A stretch of DNA of 64,000 nt from Clostridia bacterium (GTDB lineage Bacteria; Bacillota; Clostridia; Oscillospirales; CAG-272), in assembly GCA_017398585.1 (NCBI GenBank), contig JAFQFS010000156.1:33259-97258 (forward strand), written 5' to 3'. The position numbers were made by a program, and so were the translations under genes. A model generated the notes under the pieces. It was not told the origin of the DNA. It was given only the letters and a program-made list of their open reading frames with translations, and searched no databases. Shown here piece by piece: positions 18,400 to 27,555 of the stretch; the stretch's first letter is position 1; every line of letters starts with the position of its first letter.

Positions 18400-19986
18400 A
18401 TGGGCAGTTATTTGAACCCGGGAAGTAAGGACTTTCAGGAAAGTCTGAATTCAAAAATCTATGTGGACAAAACCCTGCTGATCGAACGGACGAACGAACT
18501 GGTAAATACCAGACAGAAATTCGTCTGTCTGAGCCGTCCGCGCCGGTTCGGGAAATCCATGGCGGCAGATATGCTGGCGGCATATTACAGCTGCGGGGAA
18601 GATACCTCCGCAATGTTTGAAAATCTGAAAATAGCGAAAGCGGAATCGTTCAAAGAACACCTGAATCGGTATGATGTCATCAAGCTCAATATGCAGCTGT
18701 TCCTCAGTACCACACACAACGTAGAAGAAATGCTGGAAGTATTGCAGAAACGCGTTGTGAGAGAGCTGAAACGAGCTTATCCGGATATTGTTGACGGAGA
18801 ATCACTGATCTGGGCAATGACAGATGTCTACACGGAGACCAACCGCCCGTTTGTGATCCTGATTGACGAATGGGACTGCCTGTTCCGGGAATATGCTCAC
18901 AATACCGACGCGCAGAGGATGTATCTGGATTTCCTGCGTGCATGGCTGAAGGATCAGAATTACGTGGCACTTGCCTATATGACGGGAATCCTGCCGATCA
19001 AGAAATACGGTACCCATTCCGCGTTGAATATGTTTACGGAGTATTCCATGGCGGATTCTGGAAGTTTAGCGGAGTTTTTCGGATTCACGGAGGCGGAAGT
19101 AAAGGTGCTCTGTGAAGAATACAGTATGGATTTTGACGAAGCCCGTTCATGGTATGACGGATATGATCTTGTAACGAACAGTGCAAATGGGAATATTCAT
19201 TATTCCATGTACAGCCCCAAGTCTGTGGTAGAAGCGATGCTGCGTCACAAGTACGGTCCCTACTGGAATCAGACGGAAACCTACGAGGCACTGAAAGTCT
19301 ATATCCAGATGAACATGGACGGTCTGAAGGATGCGGTTGTCCGGATGCTTGCCGGAGAGAGTGTTGAGATCAATACCGGCACGTTCACGAACGACATGAC
19401 CACATTTGCGAGGAAGGACGACGTGCTGACCCTGCTGGTACATCTGGGATATCTGACTTATGATTCCGAAAAATGTACGGTCTCCATACCCAATAAGGAA
19501 GTCGCCCAGGAATACGTCAATGCGATCAGCACGATGGACTGGAGTGAGGTAACACGATCCGTGGAAGCGTCACGGAAACTGCTGCAGTCCTTATGGGATA
19601 TGGATGCGGAAGCGGTGGCGAAAGGAATCGATCAGGCGCACGACGAGATATCGATTCTGCAGTACAACGATGAGAATTCACTGAGCTGTGTGATCGGACT
19701 GGCATTCTATTCCGCAAAAGATTACTATACAATCGTCCGTGAAATGCCGAGCGGTAAGGGATTTGCCGACATTTTCCTGATTCCGCGGCCGAAGCATATG
19801 GATAAACCTGCGGTAGTGATTGAGCTGAAGAAGGATAAGGATGCACATGGAGCCATCGATCAGATCAGGCAGAAGAACTATGTGAAAGCACTGGAAGACT
19901 ACAAGGGAAATCTGTTGCTGGCGGGGATCAATTACGATAAGGAAAAGAAACACACCTGTGTGATTGAGAAGTGGATTTGTGAATGA
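18400..19986 (+). CDS. predicted AAA-ATPase (AAA-ATPase_like) fused to PD-(D/E)XK nuclease-like domain (PDDEXK_9 type)
   Basis: Start moved to the ATG at 18400 (AGGAGG RBS). The protein begins MGSYLNPGSKDFQESLNSKIYVDKTLLI...CLSRPRRFGKSM, with the family's P-loop-like RRFGKS. The C-terminus has GKGFADIFLIP...PAVVIELKKDKD, a D...ExK nuclease motif. Confidence 0.7.
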   Translation: MGSYLNPGSKDFQESLNSKIYVDKTLLIERTNELVNTRQKFVCLSRPRRFGKSMAADMLAAYYSCGEDTSAMFENLKIAKAESFKEHLNRYDVIKLNMQLFLSTTHNVEEMLEVLQKRVVRELKRAYPDIVDGESLIWAMTDVYTETNRPFVILIDEWDCLFREYAHNTDAQRMYLDFLRAWLKDQNYVALAYMTGILPIKKYGTHSALNMFTEYSMADSGSLAEFFGFTEAEVKVLCEEYSMDFDEARSWYDGYDLVTNSANGNIHYSMYSPKSVVEAMLRHKYGPYWNQTETYEALKVYIQMNMDGLKDAVVRMLAGESVEINTGTFTNDMTTFARKDDVLTLLVHLGYLTYDSEKCTVSIPNKEVAQEYVNAISTMDWSEVTRSVEASRKLLQSLWDMDAEAVAKGIDQAHDEISILQYNDENSLSCVIGLAFYSAKDYYTIVREMPSGKGFADIFLIPRPKHMDKPAVVIELKKDKDAHGAIDQIRQKNYVKALEDYKGNLLLAGINYDKEKKHTCVIEKWICE

Positions 19987-20077
19987 ATAAGGAAATCGCA
20001 GTAATTTTCGAAATTGCTGCGATTTTCGCTCTCTTATAAGGGGCGTTTCTTTCATCCATAATGGAGTGTTTAGAACT

Positions 20078-21034
20078 TTACAGCTCCTTCACCGCGTCAA
20101 CGACCCACTGGATCCGGTTCACATCAATGCTTCCGGGCAGCGTGCAGTCCGCGCCGATCATGATGCCGGTTGTGCCGGATTTTGCGACAAGTTCCTTTGC
20201 ATACGCCTGAATTTCTTCCTTCGTCCCGTTGACGATCAGGCTGTCCCCGCGGTTGTCAAATCCGCCGAGGACACACTTGCCGCCGAAGAATTTCTTTCCT
20301 TCCGTCAGGTCAACATTTTCCACGAAGCACGCCCAGTTGATCGCCTTGGCGGGATAGTTCTGCCACACTTCCAGATGATTCGGAATTCCCGCCCATCCGC
20401 AGCAGTGCAGGACGTTGCAGTCGGAGAACTTGTTCGCGCGTTCCAGAACGGCAAGATCGCTCGGCGTCACGAATTTTGTGTATTCTTCGGGAGTGAAGCG
20501 ATCCTTTTCGCCGCCCTGCACGCAGTAGTACACGCCGTCGATTTTCGCTTCGGTCAGCAGAAGCTCGCAGAGAACCGCATTATCCTGCGCCACCACATCA
20601 AGCGCGTAAGCAATCGCGGCGGGGTCTTCTCTGAGATGCTTCATGACGATATCGTTGCCCGCACCGAACCGCAGCGTGGAAAACGGCGCGAATACATTGT
20701 ACAGAATCAGGCAGTCGCTCGTCAGTCCGGCTTTCACCGCTTTGGCACGTTCGACCTGCTCTCTGACAAACGGACTGTCCGCACCGAGCGGCTTCATGTC
20801 ATACCAGTACTTCGCCTCCTTTACCGACTTTGCGACCGGGTTCGGATAATCGAAATACCCGTCGCACATCAGCTTGGCAATGTCAACGTCTATCTTATTA
20901 TAATAGTCCAGATGCGCGTCCACGCAGGGCTGCCCCTTGGACTGCTCTGCCTTGAAGTGGAACCAGAACCCCACCGGCGGACGGTCCACCGGCTGATTGT
21001 TCATTGCCGCGATCACGCGTTCCCGTTTTGTCAT
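20078..21034 (-). CDS. uroporphyrinogen decarboxylase (URO-D) family protein, non-haem context
   Basis: Start taken at the ATG at 21034 (MTKRERVIAAMNNQPVDRPPVGFWFHF...) with GGAGG RBS, 16 nt after the GH38 stop. The N-terminal signature matches URO-D/MtaA-like proteins. Confidence 0.65.
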   Translation of the reverse strand: MTKRERVIAAMNNQPVDRPPVGFWFHFKAEQSKGQPCVDAHLDYYNKIDVDIAKLMCDGYFDYPNPVAKSVKEAKYWYDMKPLGADSPFVREQVERAKAVKAGLTSDCLILYNVFAPFSTLRFGAGNDIVMKHLREDPAAIAYALDVVAQDNAVLCELLLTEAKIDGVYYCVQGGEKDRFTPEEYTKFVTPSDLAVLERANKFSDCNVLHCCGWAGIPNHLEVWQNYPAKAINWACFVENVDLTEGKKFFGGKCVLGGFDNRGDSLIVNGTKEEIQAYAKELVAKSGTTGIMIGADCTLPGSIDVNRIQWVVDAVKEL

Positions 21035-21050
21035 GATAATACCTCCGATT

Positions 21051-23528
21051 TTATTCCAGCGGAACCGCACCCTCGAGCATATCGGTCTCGGTGACGGTTC
21101 CGTCTTTGATTTTGTACGTTTTAATTTCAAACGGCTTGAATTCCGCGTCTAAAGTCTGTCCGAAGACGGGCAGTTCGATATGAGCGGATGCCGCCGTACC
21201 CTGACATTCGAACAGGCGGAAGATGTACACGTTTTCTTCCCGTTCGCTCCGCTTGAAGCAGCTCAGCGCGATGTTTTCCCGGTCGACAGAGATCAGCGCT
21301 TTCGGCTTCACGCCGTTTCCGGACGGACAGAATGCAAGCGGATATGCCCGCTGATTGAAAACGGCGGCTTCGCGGTCGGCTTTTTTCAGCAATTCCTCCC
21401 GATTGCCCGCGAGAATCCGGAATTTGTACCGGCGTTCACCCTGGTCCATCCGCTGCTGATACATGGGTTCGTGGAACGGTTCGCCCCATGCGGAGTTTCC
21501 CGCACCGTAACCCGCGGAACGGAGAAGCGTCACGCCGAGATTCCCGTCGAAGAAGTTGGAGCCGTATACGCCGTCGTCGATCACAACAAGTGCGTGTTCT
21601 TCATCCGCCGCGGCCTGCCAGTACTGGGAGACCACATCGGCATACGACCGCTTCAGCACTTCGCGTCCGAAGATCGTCTGCCCGATGTGTTCGCCGTTTT
21701 CGATGACGGAGGGAATCCAAAACTTGAAGCGCTTTTCGTTTTCCGCGTTGAACACACGAAGCTCGACTTCCAGAACACCCGTTACCTTGTCCACGATGTA
21801 CCGCGTGAGCAGGCGAGAGTTATTGTACATGAAGTCCGCTTCCACGACGACATTTACGTCGCCTTCGTCGGTCACACGGACGGGCTGAACGATGCCGGCC
21901 TTGACGCCCGCGAAATCGGTCGCCTGACCTGCGGTCATCAGATGGAACTGTCCGGTGGGTTCGTACACATTGAGCGCACCCTTGCCTTCCCAGCAGTTGA
22001 ACGCATCGGTGTGGACGTTGACCGCAAACGCGCCGGGTTTCAGATATTCTTTTCCGTCGACCACATAGCTGTCCACGTGCCCCGTACGGCAGTTGACGAC
22101 CACCTGACCGCGCGCCGTTTCGATGCGGATTTTCCCCCTTTCGGGACGGATCACGGGTTCCGGACGTTTTTCGATCACTTCGAAATGGATGTCGAACCGG
22201 GTCACGGAGCAGGGTGGAAGCGGGGAGTCGAAGATCACACGCTTGCACCAGTCCATGTAGAAGTTGCCGGATTCCTTCGCCTGCTGCGAACGTACGGGAA
22301 CGCCGTCACGGTAAACCACGGGATTCGAGAATTCCTTATGCCAGAGCTGGCGCGGCAGGAGGAATTCCACATCGATGGGCTGTGTGTATTCAAACGGATG
22401 CGGGTTATACACCAGAAGCGGTACGGTATTGCCGTCTTTGATCTTTTCCTGACCGACGGACAGCGCAAGGAAATATTTCGCCTTGAGCTGATTCATGATT
22501 TCGAGTCCATGGTTCAACATCCGGAGCGTGTCGTCTTCAACGGGCTGGATGCAGGATCCGGGCAGCGCGTCGTGGAATTCCGCGAACAGAAGGTCACGCC
22601 ATGCGTCGTCGATTTTTTCCTTTTCGTAAACTGCCAGACCGGCCGCCGCCGCATGGGACGCCATCTTTTCCACCATCACAAGATCGTTTTCCAGTCTGCG
22701 GTGGAGCTGCTTGATGCGGATGATGGAGGTGTAACAGCCTTCCATGAGTGTATTCAATCCGCGTTCCACTGTCGGGAGCTTTTCACGGTCAACGGTCTTG
22801 AAATATTCGTCCGGTGTGGAGTGAACGATATCCATGCCGTTTTTCTGCATTTCGGCGATGTTGTCGAGGTCGATTCTGGACGGACCGCCGCCGTGGTTGC
22901 CGACACCCCAGAGATACAGCGCGGTATCGGTATTATCGTACCGTTCCATCCATTTCGGCAGTTCCTCGTTCACCTTGCCGAAGACGGAGTTGTACCCCTT
23001 GTCCGAACGGTGAACGAGGATTTCGGATTCGCCGTCGTATCCGCGCCAGAGGAAGTCCTCGTTGTCGAAATCGTAGTTGCCTCTGCCGGGACGGATGTTG
23101 ACGTAATGTTTGTACCCGCACTTCTCAAGCATCTGTACCAGACCCTGCGCATGCCCGAACGAGTCGAAATTGACCGCCGTCACGGGAACTTTTTCGAATT
23201 TGTCATAGAAATACAGCCGTCCGCGGAGAACCTGACGGAAGATGGATTCGCCGGATGGGATGTTGCAGTCGGGCTGGAGGAACCATCCGCCGATGATCTC
23301 CCAGCGTCCTTCCTTCACCTGCCGCTGAATTTTCGCAAACAGCTCCGGTTCGTGCTCCTCGATCCACTCGTACAGGAGGGATTCGTTGTGGTTGAAGATG
23401 AAATCCGGATATTCGTCGATGAAATCCGATGCTGCACGGAAGGTGGACAGGGCTTCGGACAGCCCCGATTCCCACTGCCACAGCCACACCGGATCGAGAT
23501 GCGCGTTGCAGAACATGTAGGTTTTCAT
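21051..23528 (-). CDS. alpha-mannosidase, GH38 family
   Basis: 825 aa. FCNAHLDPVWLWQWESG, EGRWEIIGGWFLQPDCNIPSGES and GVGNHGGGPS motifs. AAGGAG RBS. Confidence 0.9.
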   Translation of the reverse strand: MKTYMFCNAHLDPVWLWQWESGLSEALSTFRAASDFIDEYPDFIFNHNESLLYEWIEEHEPELFAKIQRQVKEGRWEIIGGWFLQPDCNIPSGESIFRQVLRGRLYFYDKFEKVPVTAVNFDSFGHAQGLVQMLEKCGYKHYVNIRPGRGNYDFDNEDFLWRGYDGESEILVHRSDKGYNSVFGKVNEELPKWMERYDNTDTALYLWGVGNHGGGPSRIDLDNIAEMQKNGMDIVHSTPDEYFKTVDREKLPTVERGLNTLMEGCYTSIIRIKQLHRRLENDLVMVEKMASHAAAAGLAVYEKEKIDDAWRDLLFAEFHDALPGSCIQPVEDDTLRMLNHGLEIMNQLKAKYFLALSVGQEKIKDGNTVPLLVYNPHPFEYTQPIDVEFLLPRQLWHKEFSNPVVYRDGVPVRSQQAKESGNFYMDWCKRVIFDSPLPPCSVTRFDIHFEVIEKRPEPVIRPERGKIRIETARGQVVVNCRTGHVDSYVVDGKEYLKPGAFAVNVHTDAFNCWEGKGALNVYEPTGQFHLMTAGQATDFAGVKAGIVQPVRVTDEGDVNVVVEADFMYNNSRLLTRYIVDKVTGVLEVELRVFNAENEKRFKFWIPSVIENGEHIGQTIFGREVLKRSYADVVSQYWQAAADEEHALVVIDDGVYGSNFFDGNLGVTLLRSAGYGAGNSAWGEPFHEPMYQQRMDQGERRYKFRILAGNREELLKKADREAAVFNQRAYPLAFCPSGNGVKPKALISVDRENIALSCFKRSEREENVYIFRLFECQGTAASAHIELPVFGQTLDAEFKPFEIKTYKIKDGTVTETDMLEGAVPLE

Positions 23529-23579
23529 GATGTTGCTCCTTTCCCGTTATCTTTGGGATATTATTTATCTCTGAGATAA

Positions 23580-24276
23580 TTATCTCATGCATTCGCCGGG
23601 ATTTTCGGGAATGCCGCCGTCGCGGAGGATCTGCACTGCCGATGCGGGACCGAGGTTCTTCCAGTCCTTGACCACCCAGACCACCTGTTTGTCCGGCGTG
23701 ACTTCGACAAGCTGCGGCGTTCTTCCGTTGTCCCCGCGTGCGCAGAGGATTGTGTTGCCGTTTTCCAGACGTACACAGCTCTGCGTTCCTGCGAGACGGT
23801 ATTCTTCGGGCAGTTCGGCAATTCGGAATTCCCACGCCGTCGATTTGTCGGGACGTACTTCCCGCACAAGATCGCCCGCCTCGTCGCTGATGAGGGTGTT
23901 GCCGTTCTTCAGACGGACCGCCGCCCACGGCTTCAGTCTGCCGATGTCATACGTCCACAGTTCGTTGAAATCCTTGTCGAATTCCGTGACCTTGCCGGGC
24001 GCACAGAATATTGCCGTTTGTCAGCATCCAGATGTCGTCGTATTCCCAGCCCTTGCCGGTGCAGTACGTCCAGACGATTTTTCCGCCGACGATGAGGTAC
24101 ATCCGGTTGCAGCCCTCGCCGATGTAGAGCATATCGTGCCTCGCCAGACCACCGCCGGGCAGGGACGGGTCACAGCCTTCTTTCGCGATCAGCCACCACG
24201 GCGTGTCGATTTCTTCTTCGCTCGCGCCCCATGCGGGGATGGTGGGATCAAGGAATTTTGCGATTGCGCTGTCCAT
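23580..24276 (-). pseudogene. small beta-propeller repeat protein, split by one frameshift
   Basis: ORFs 23947-24276 and 23580-23867 join if 1 nt is restored near 23995-24001. The joined reading is ...WMLTNGNILCA|PGKVTEFDKDFNELWTYDIGRLKPWAAVRLKNGNTLISDEAGDLVREVRPDKSTAWEF..., with recurring NGNxL blades. Confidence 0.6.
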
Positions 24277-24434
24277 AATGTGTTTTATTCGAATGCCTTC
24301 TTTCCTGTTTCTGAAGTTTGTTGTTACTTTTTATTATATCACATTATAGCCGGCGACAATATTCAATAAAGCTAATCTTTTCCGCCGATTCTGCCAAAAT
24401 CGACTAAACCTGCCGGATGCAGGGGTGTTCTCGC

Positions 24435-24463
24435 TTGACTTGACGATTTTCCTGTGATAAAAT
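24435..24463 (+). promoter_or_regulatory. sigma-A type promoter for the GH97 gene
   Basis: TTGACT (24435-24440), 17-nt spacer, TGaTAAAAT with TAAAAT at 24458-24463. Confidence 0.55.
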
Positions 24464-24498
24464 TCAGAAAAAACAAACGACAGAGGGAGACTATCGAA

Positions 24499-27162
24499 AT
24501 GAAATTTGAAATTACATCCCCTTCCATGAATACCGCAATGACCGTCCGTCTGTCCGGCTCCGGCGCACTGACCTATACCGCCGTGCAGGACGGTATTCCC
24601 GTTCTGGAAGAATCCGCGATGGGGATTATCACAAGCCTCGGGGACTTTACAGACGGACTTGTTTTGGAAGCCGAATCCGACCATATCATCGACGAAACCT
24701 ATCCGGTGTTCTCCGGCAAGAAGCGGATTTACACCAACCGCTGCAAGGAGAAAACGCTTCATTTTAATAAGGAAGGCGTGAACTTTGATCTGGTCTGCCG
24801 GGCATACGATGACGGCATCGCCTTCCGCTATGTCATCAGCACCGCCGAAGCACAGGCGATGACAATTGAGCCGGATGCCGAAATCACAAACTTCCGTCTG
24901 CCGGATCAGGCAAATATCTGGTTCATGCCCCGCCGCGGACGTGATTTCATGTATGAGGACAACTACCTCCCCGGAAAAATCGGTGAAACCGAAGACGGCA
25001 TCCGTCCGTCCCTGCCCATGCTGTACGAAACGAACGGCAGGTACGGTCTCATCATGGAAGCCGACCGCCACGGAACCTACACCGGCTCCCTCCTGCGGCT
25101 GGAAAACGGCAGTACCATGCAGATGATCTTCGATCTCGTGCAGACCGAACCCATTCAGACTTCCGCACCGTTCGTCTCCCCGTGGAGATGCGTCATTCTC
25201 GGTACACCGGCGGATATTCTGCATAACACCATGGTCGAAAACCTCAGTCCCGCACCTGATCCGGCGTATGAATTTGACAAGTGGGTACAGCCCGGTCTGT
25301 CATCGTGGTCGTGGGTCAGCTACTACGGCGGGCAGGAAGACCCCGACATCCACAAGAAGTTCATCGATCTCGCTGCCGACATGGGATGGAAATACTACAT
25401 CCTCGACGAACGCTGGCAGCCCGAATGCAAATCCAAACCCGGCATCCGCTACGAAGGCATGTGGCCGTGGTTTGACGATGTGAAGGCACATGCGGACGAA
25501 AAGGGCGTGAAGCTGATCGCATGGGTCAACAAAACCGACGTTGCCGTAAAGGAAGAACGTCTTGCGCGGTTCAAAGAATGGTCGGAAGCCGGAATTGTCG
25601 GCATCAAGGTGGACTTCTTCTTCAACGACGGTCAGAAAATGATGCAGCTTTACGACGATATCTACCGCGACGCGGCGCAGTATAAACTGCTTGTGAACGC
25701 TCACGGCTCCAATCCGCCGTCCGGTGAAATCCGCACATGGCCCAACGCCATCGCAAGAGAAGCGATCCGCGGTCAGGAACAGGGCGGCATCACCGTGGAA
25801 CAGTATACCCTCATCCCGTTCCTGCGTTCCGCCGTCGGTACCGCCGATGTGACCGAACAGCTTTACTCCCGTGATGTCCGCAAGACTTCGATGGGCTTCC
25901 AGATTGCCCTGTCCGTGCTGATCGAAAACGGCATCCACTCTATGGGAAGCAAGCCGGAAGAGTATTACAGCGTCCCCGCGGCAATCAATCTGTACACCAA
26001 CTTCCCCGAAAGCTGGGATGAACTCGCCGTCATCGACGCGGATGTGGGCGTAAAGGTCAATTTGGCGCGCAGATCAGGGGATACATGGCTTGCGGGCGGC
26101 ATCAGTGTGGACGAGTATACTTTTACATACAAACCGGCATTCCTTGATGCGGATAAGACCTACACCGCGGTCATCTACCACGAAAAGGGTGAAGAACGTC
26201 AGGTTCTGGATATGCGCGTGATGAACAGCGTGACCCGTGAAACTGATATTTCCGTCCATGTCCAGCGGGGCGGCGGTTATGTAATCAAGTTTGTTCCTGC
26301 GGGAGCATCCGATCTGAAGTCCGTCACCGCCGATGTGACCGACGTGACCGTGGAAACCTATTACACCGTTCCGGTTTCTCTGGCGTACGATCCCATGAAT
26401 ACCGCATCCGCCGGGGTGATCTGGTCCGTGGCGGATCCTGAAATTGCATCCGTGGAATTCACCGCAAAGGGTGCGTTCATCAAGGGACTGTCCGCCGGTA
26501 AAACCACCGTTACGGCAATGTCGATTTATGATGAAACAAAGAAAGCCGAAATCGTCGTGACCGTTCTGCCGCCGAAGTATGTGCTTGACGGCAAGTGGAC
26601 GGTGAAGAACAGCGACGCGAAGTACATCATCAAGGGCGAAAACGAAGTGACGATCACCGCCAAAACCGGCATCATCGAGTCCAATGTGTTCGCCATGAAA
26701 GCGGACGGAGACTTTGAGATCACCGCTGAGATTTCCGGCTCACTGAACGCAAACTGGCAGGGCGGATTCATCGGCGCGTTTTCGGGAGACCTGACGAAGT
26801 TCGTCTCCATCGGCAAGCGGTATCACACCTCCTTCCCGAATCAGACCGAAACCCGCCACAACCACATCGCCATGATGTGCGGCAGCAAGAATATCGAACG
26901 CTATACCGCCGACCCGAATCCGACAGGATATACAGCGGTGCGGCTTGTGAAATCCGGGGATATTTTCACGGGATATTATCAATCAGGCAGTGCTTGGATT
27001 CCCTTTGCGGACGGTGCGATTGAGAATCCCGAGCTTGCGACAGATGCTATGTACGTCGGATTCTGGACGGGCTGCGGCGGATCTAATAATTCCATTGATA
27101 TCACCGTGCGGAATTTCTCTTTGAACGGGGAATCTGCTGCTCCCGCAAAAGAAAATCAATAA
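24499..27162 (+). CDS. GH97 glycoside hydrolase (alpha-glucosidase/alpha-galactosidase type) with Big_2-like and concanavalin-like C-terminal domains
   Basis: Start at the ATG at 24499 (MKFEITSP) after AGGGAG. DGIAFRY and GIVGIKVDFFFNDGQKMMQLYDDIYRDAAQYKLLVNAHGSNPPSGEIRTWPNAIAREAIRGQE match the GH97 catalytic region. Confidence 0.85.
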   Translation: MKFEITSPSMNTAMTVRLSGSGALTYTAVQDGIPVLEESAMGIITSLGDFTDGLVLEAESDHIIDETYPVFSGKKRIYTNRCKEKTLHFNKEGVNFDLVCRAYDDGIAFRYVISTAEAQAMTIEPDAEITNFRLPDQANIWFMPRRGRDFMYEDNYLPGKIGETEDGIRPSLPMLYETNGRYGLIMEADRHGTYTGSLLRLENGSTMQMIFDLVQTEPIQTSAPFVSPWRCVILGTPADILHNTMVENLSPAPDPAYEFDKWVQPGLSSWSWVSYYGGQEDPDIHKKFIDLAADMGWKYYILDERWQPECKSKPGIRYEGMWPWFDDVKAHADEKGVKLIAWVNKTDVAVKEERLARFKEWSEAGIVGIKVDFFFNDGQKMMQLYDDIYRDAAQYKLLVNAHGSNPPSGEIRTWPNAIAREAIRGQEQGGITVEQYTLIPFLRSAVGTADVTEQLYSRDVRKTSMGFQIALSVLIENGIHSMGSKPEEYYSVPAAINLYTNFPESWDELAVIDADVGVKVNLARRSGDTWLAGGISVDEYTFTYKPAFLDADKTYTAVIYHEKGEERQVLDMRVMNSVTRETDISVHVQRGGGYVIKFVPAGASDLKSVTADVTDVTVETYYTVPVSLAYDPMNTASAGVIWSVADPEIASVEFTAKGAFIKGLSAGKTTVTAMSIYDETKKAEIVVTVLPPKYVLDGKWTVKNSDAKYIIKGENEVTITAKTGIIESNVFAMKADGDFEITAEISGSLNANWQGGFIGAFSGDLTKFVSIGKRYHTSFPNQTETRHNHIAMMCGSKNIERYTADPNPTGYTAVRLVKSGDIFTGYYQSGSAWIPFADGAIENPELATDAMYVGFWTGCGGSNNSIDITVRNFSLNGESAAPAKENQ

Positions 27163-27179
27163 AAACGAGGGAACACATC

Positions 27180-27555
27180 ATGACACCGGACAAAACCGTA
27201 TTCACATGGGACAACTGCGAGGCAGAAGTCTCCGTCACCCCCGTATCCGCCGAAAACGGCATTTATCTCTACCGGATCACCGTGGATTATCCCGAAAAAC
27301 GCTTTCCCGAGCGGATCAAACTGCGGTGGTTCACGGAATTTGACGATATTTTCTCCACATGGAACCCCGGCGGACGGTTTTCGCATGAACTGATGCCGTC
27401 GTGGCGTCCCGTGGATACCCGTTCCCGTTCTGCGGCAGGCGCACCGGTCTTTTCCATGATGGCGAAGGGCAGCGAAAACCGCTGTACCTTCGCTCTGGCT
27501 GATGCCGCAAATCCCGTCCGTCTCACCGGCGGCATGGAGGAACGCAGCGGTTTCA
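27180..27555 (+). pseudogene. N-terminal fragment of a glycoside-hydrolase-like protein, truncated at about 27.54-27.56 kb
   Basis: MTPDKTVFTWDNCEAEV...RSRSAAGAPVFSMMAKGSENRCTFALADAANPVRLTGGMEERSGFM reads like a real protein. The ORF then runs antisense into the AlbA_2 remnant and becomes low-complexity. Confidence 0.4.
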
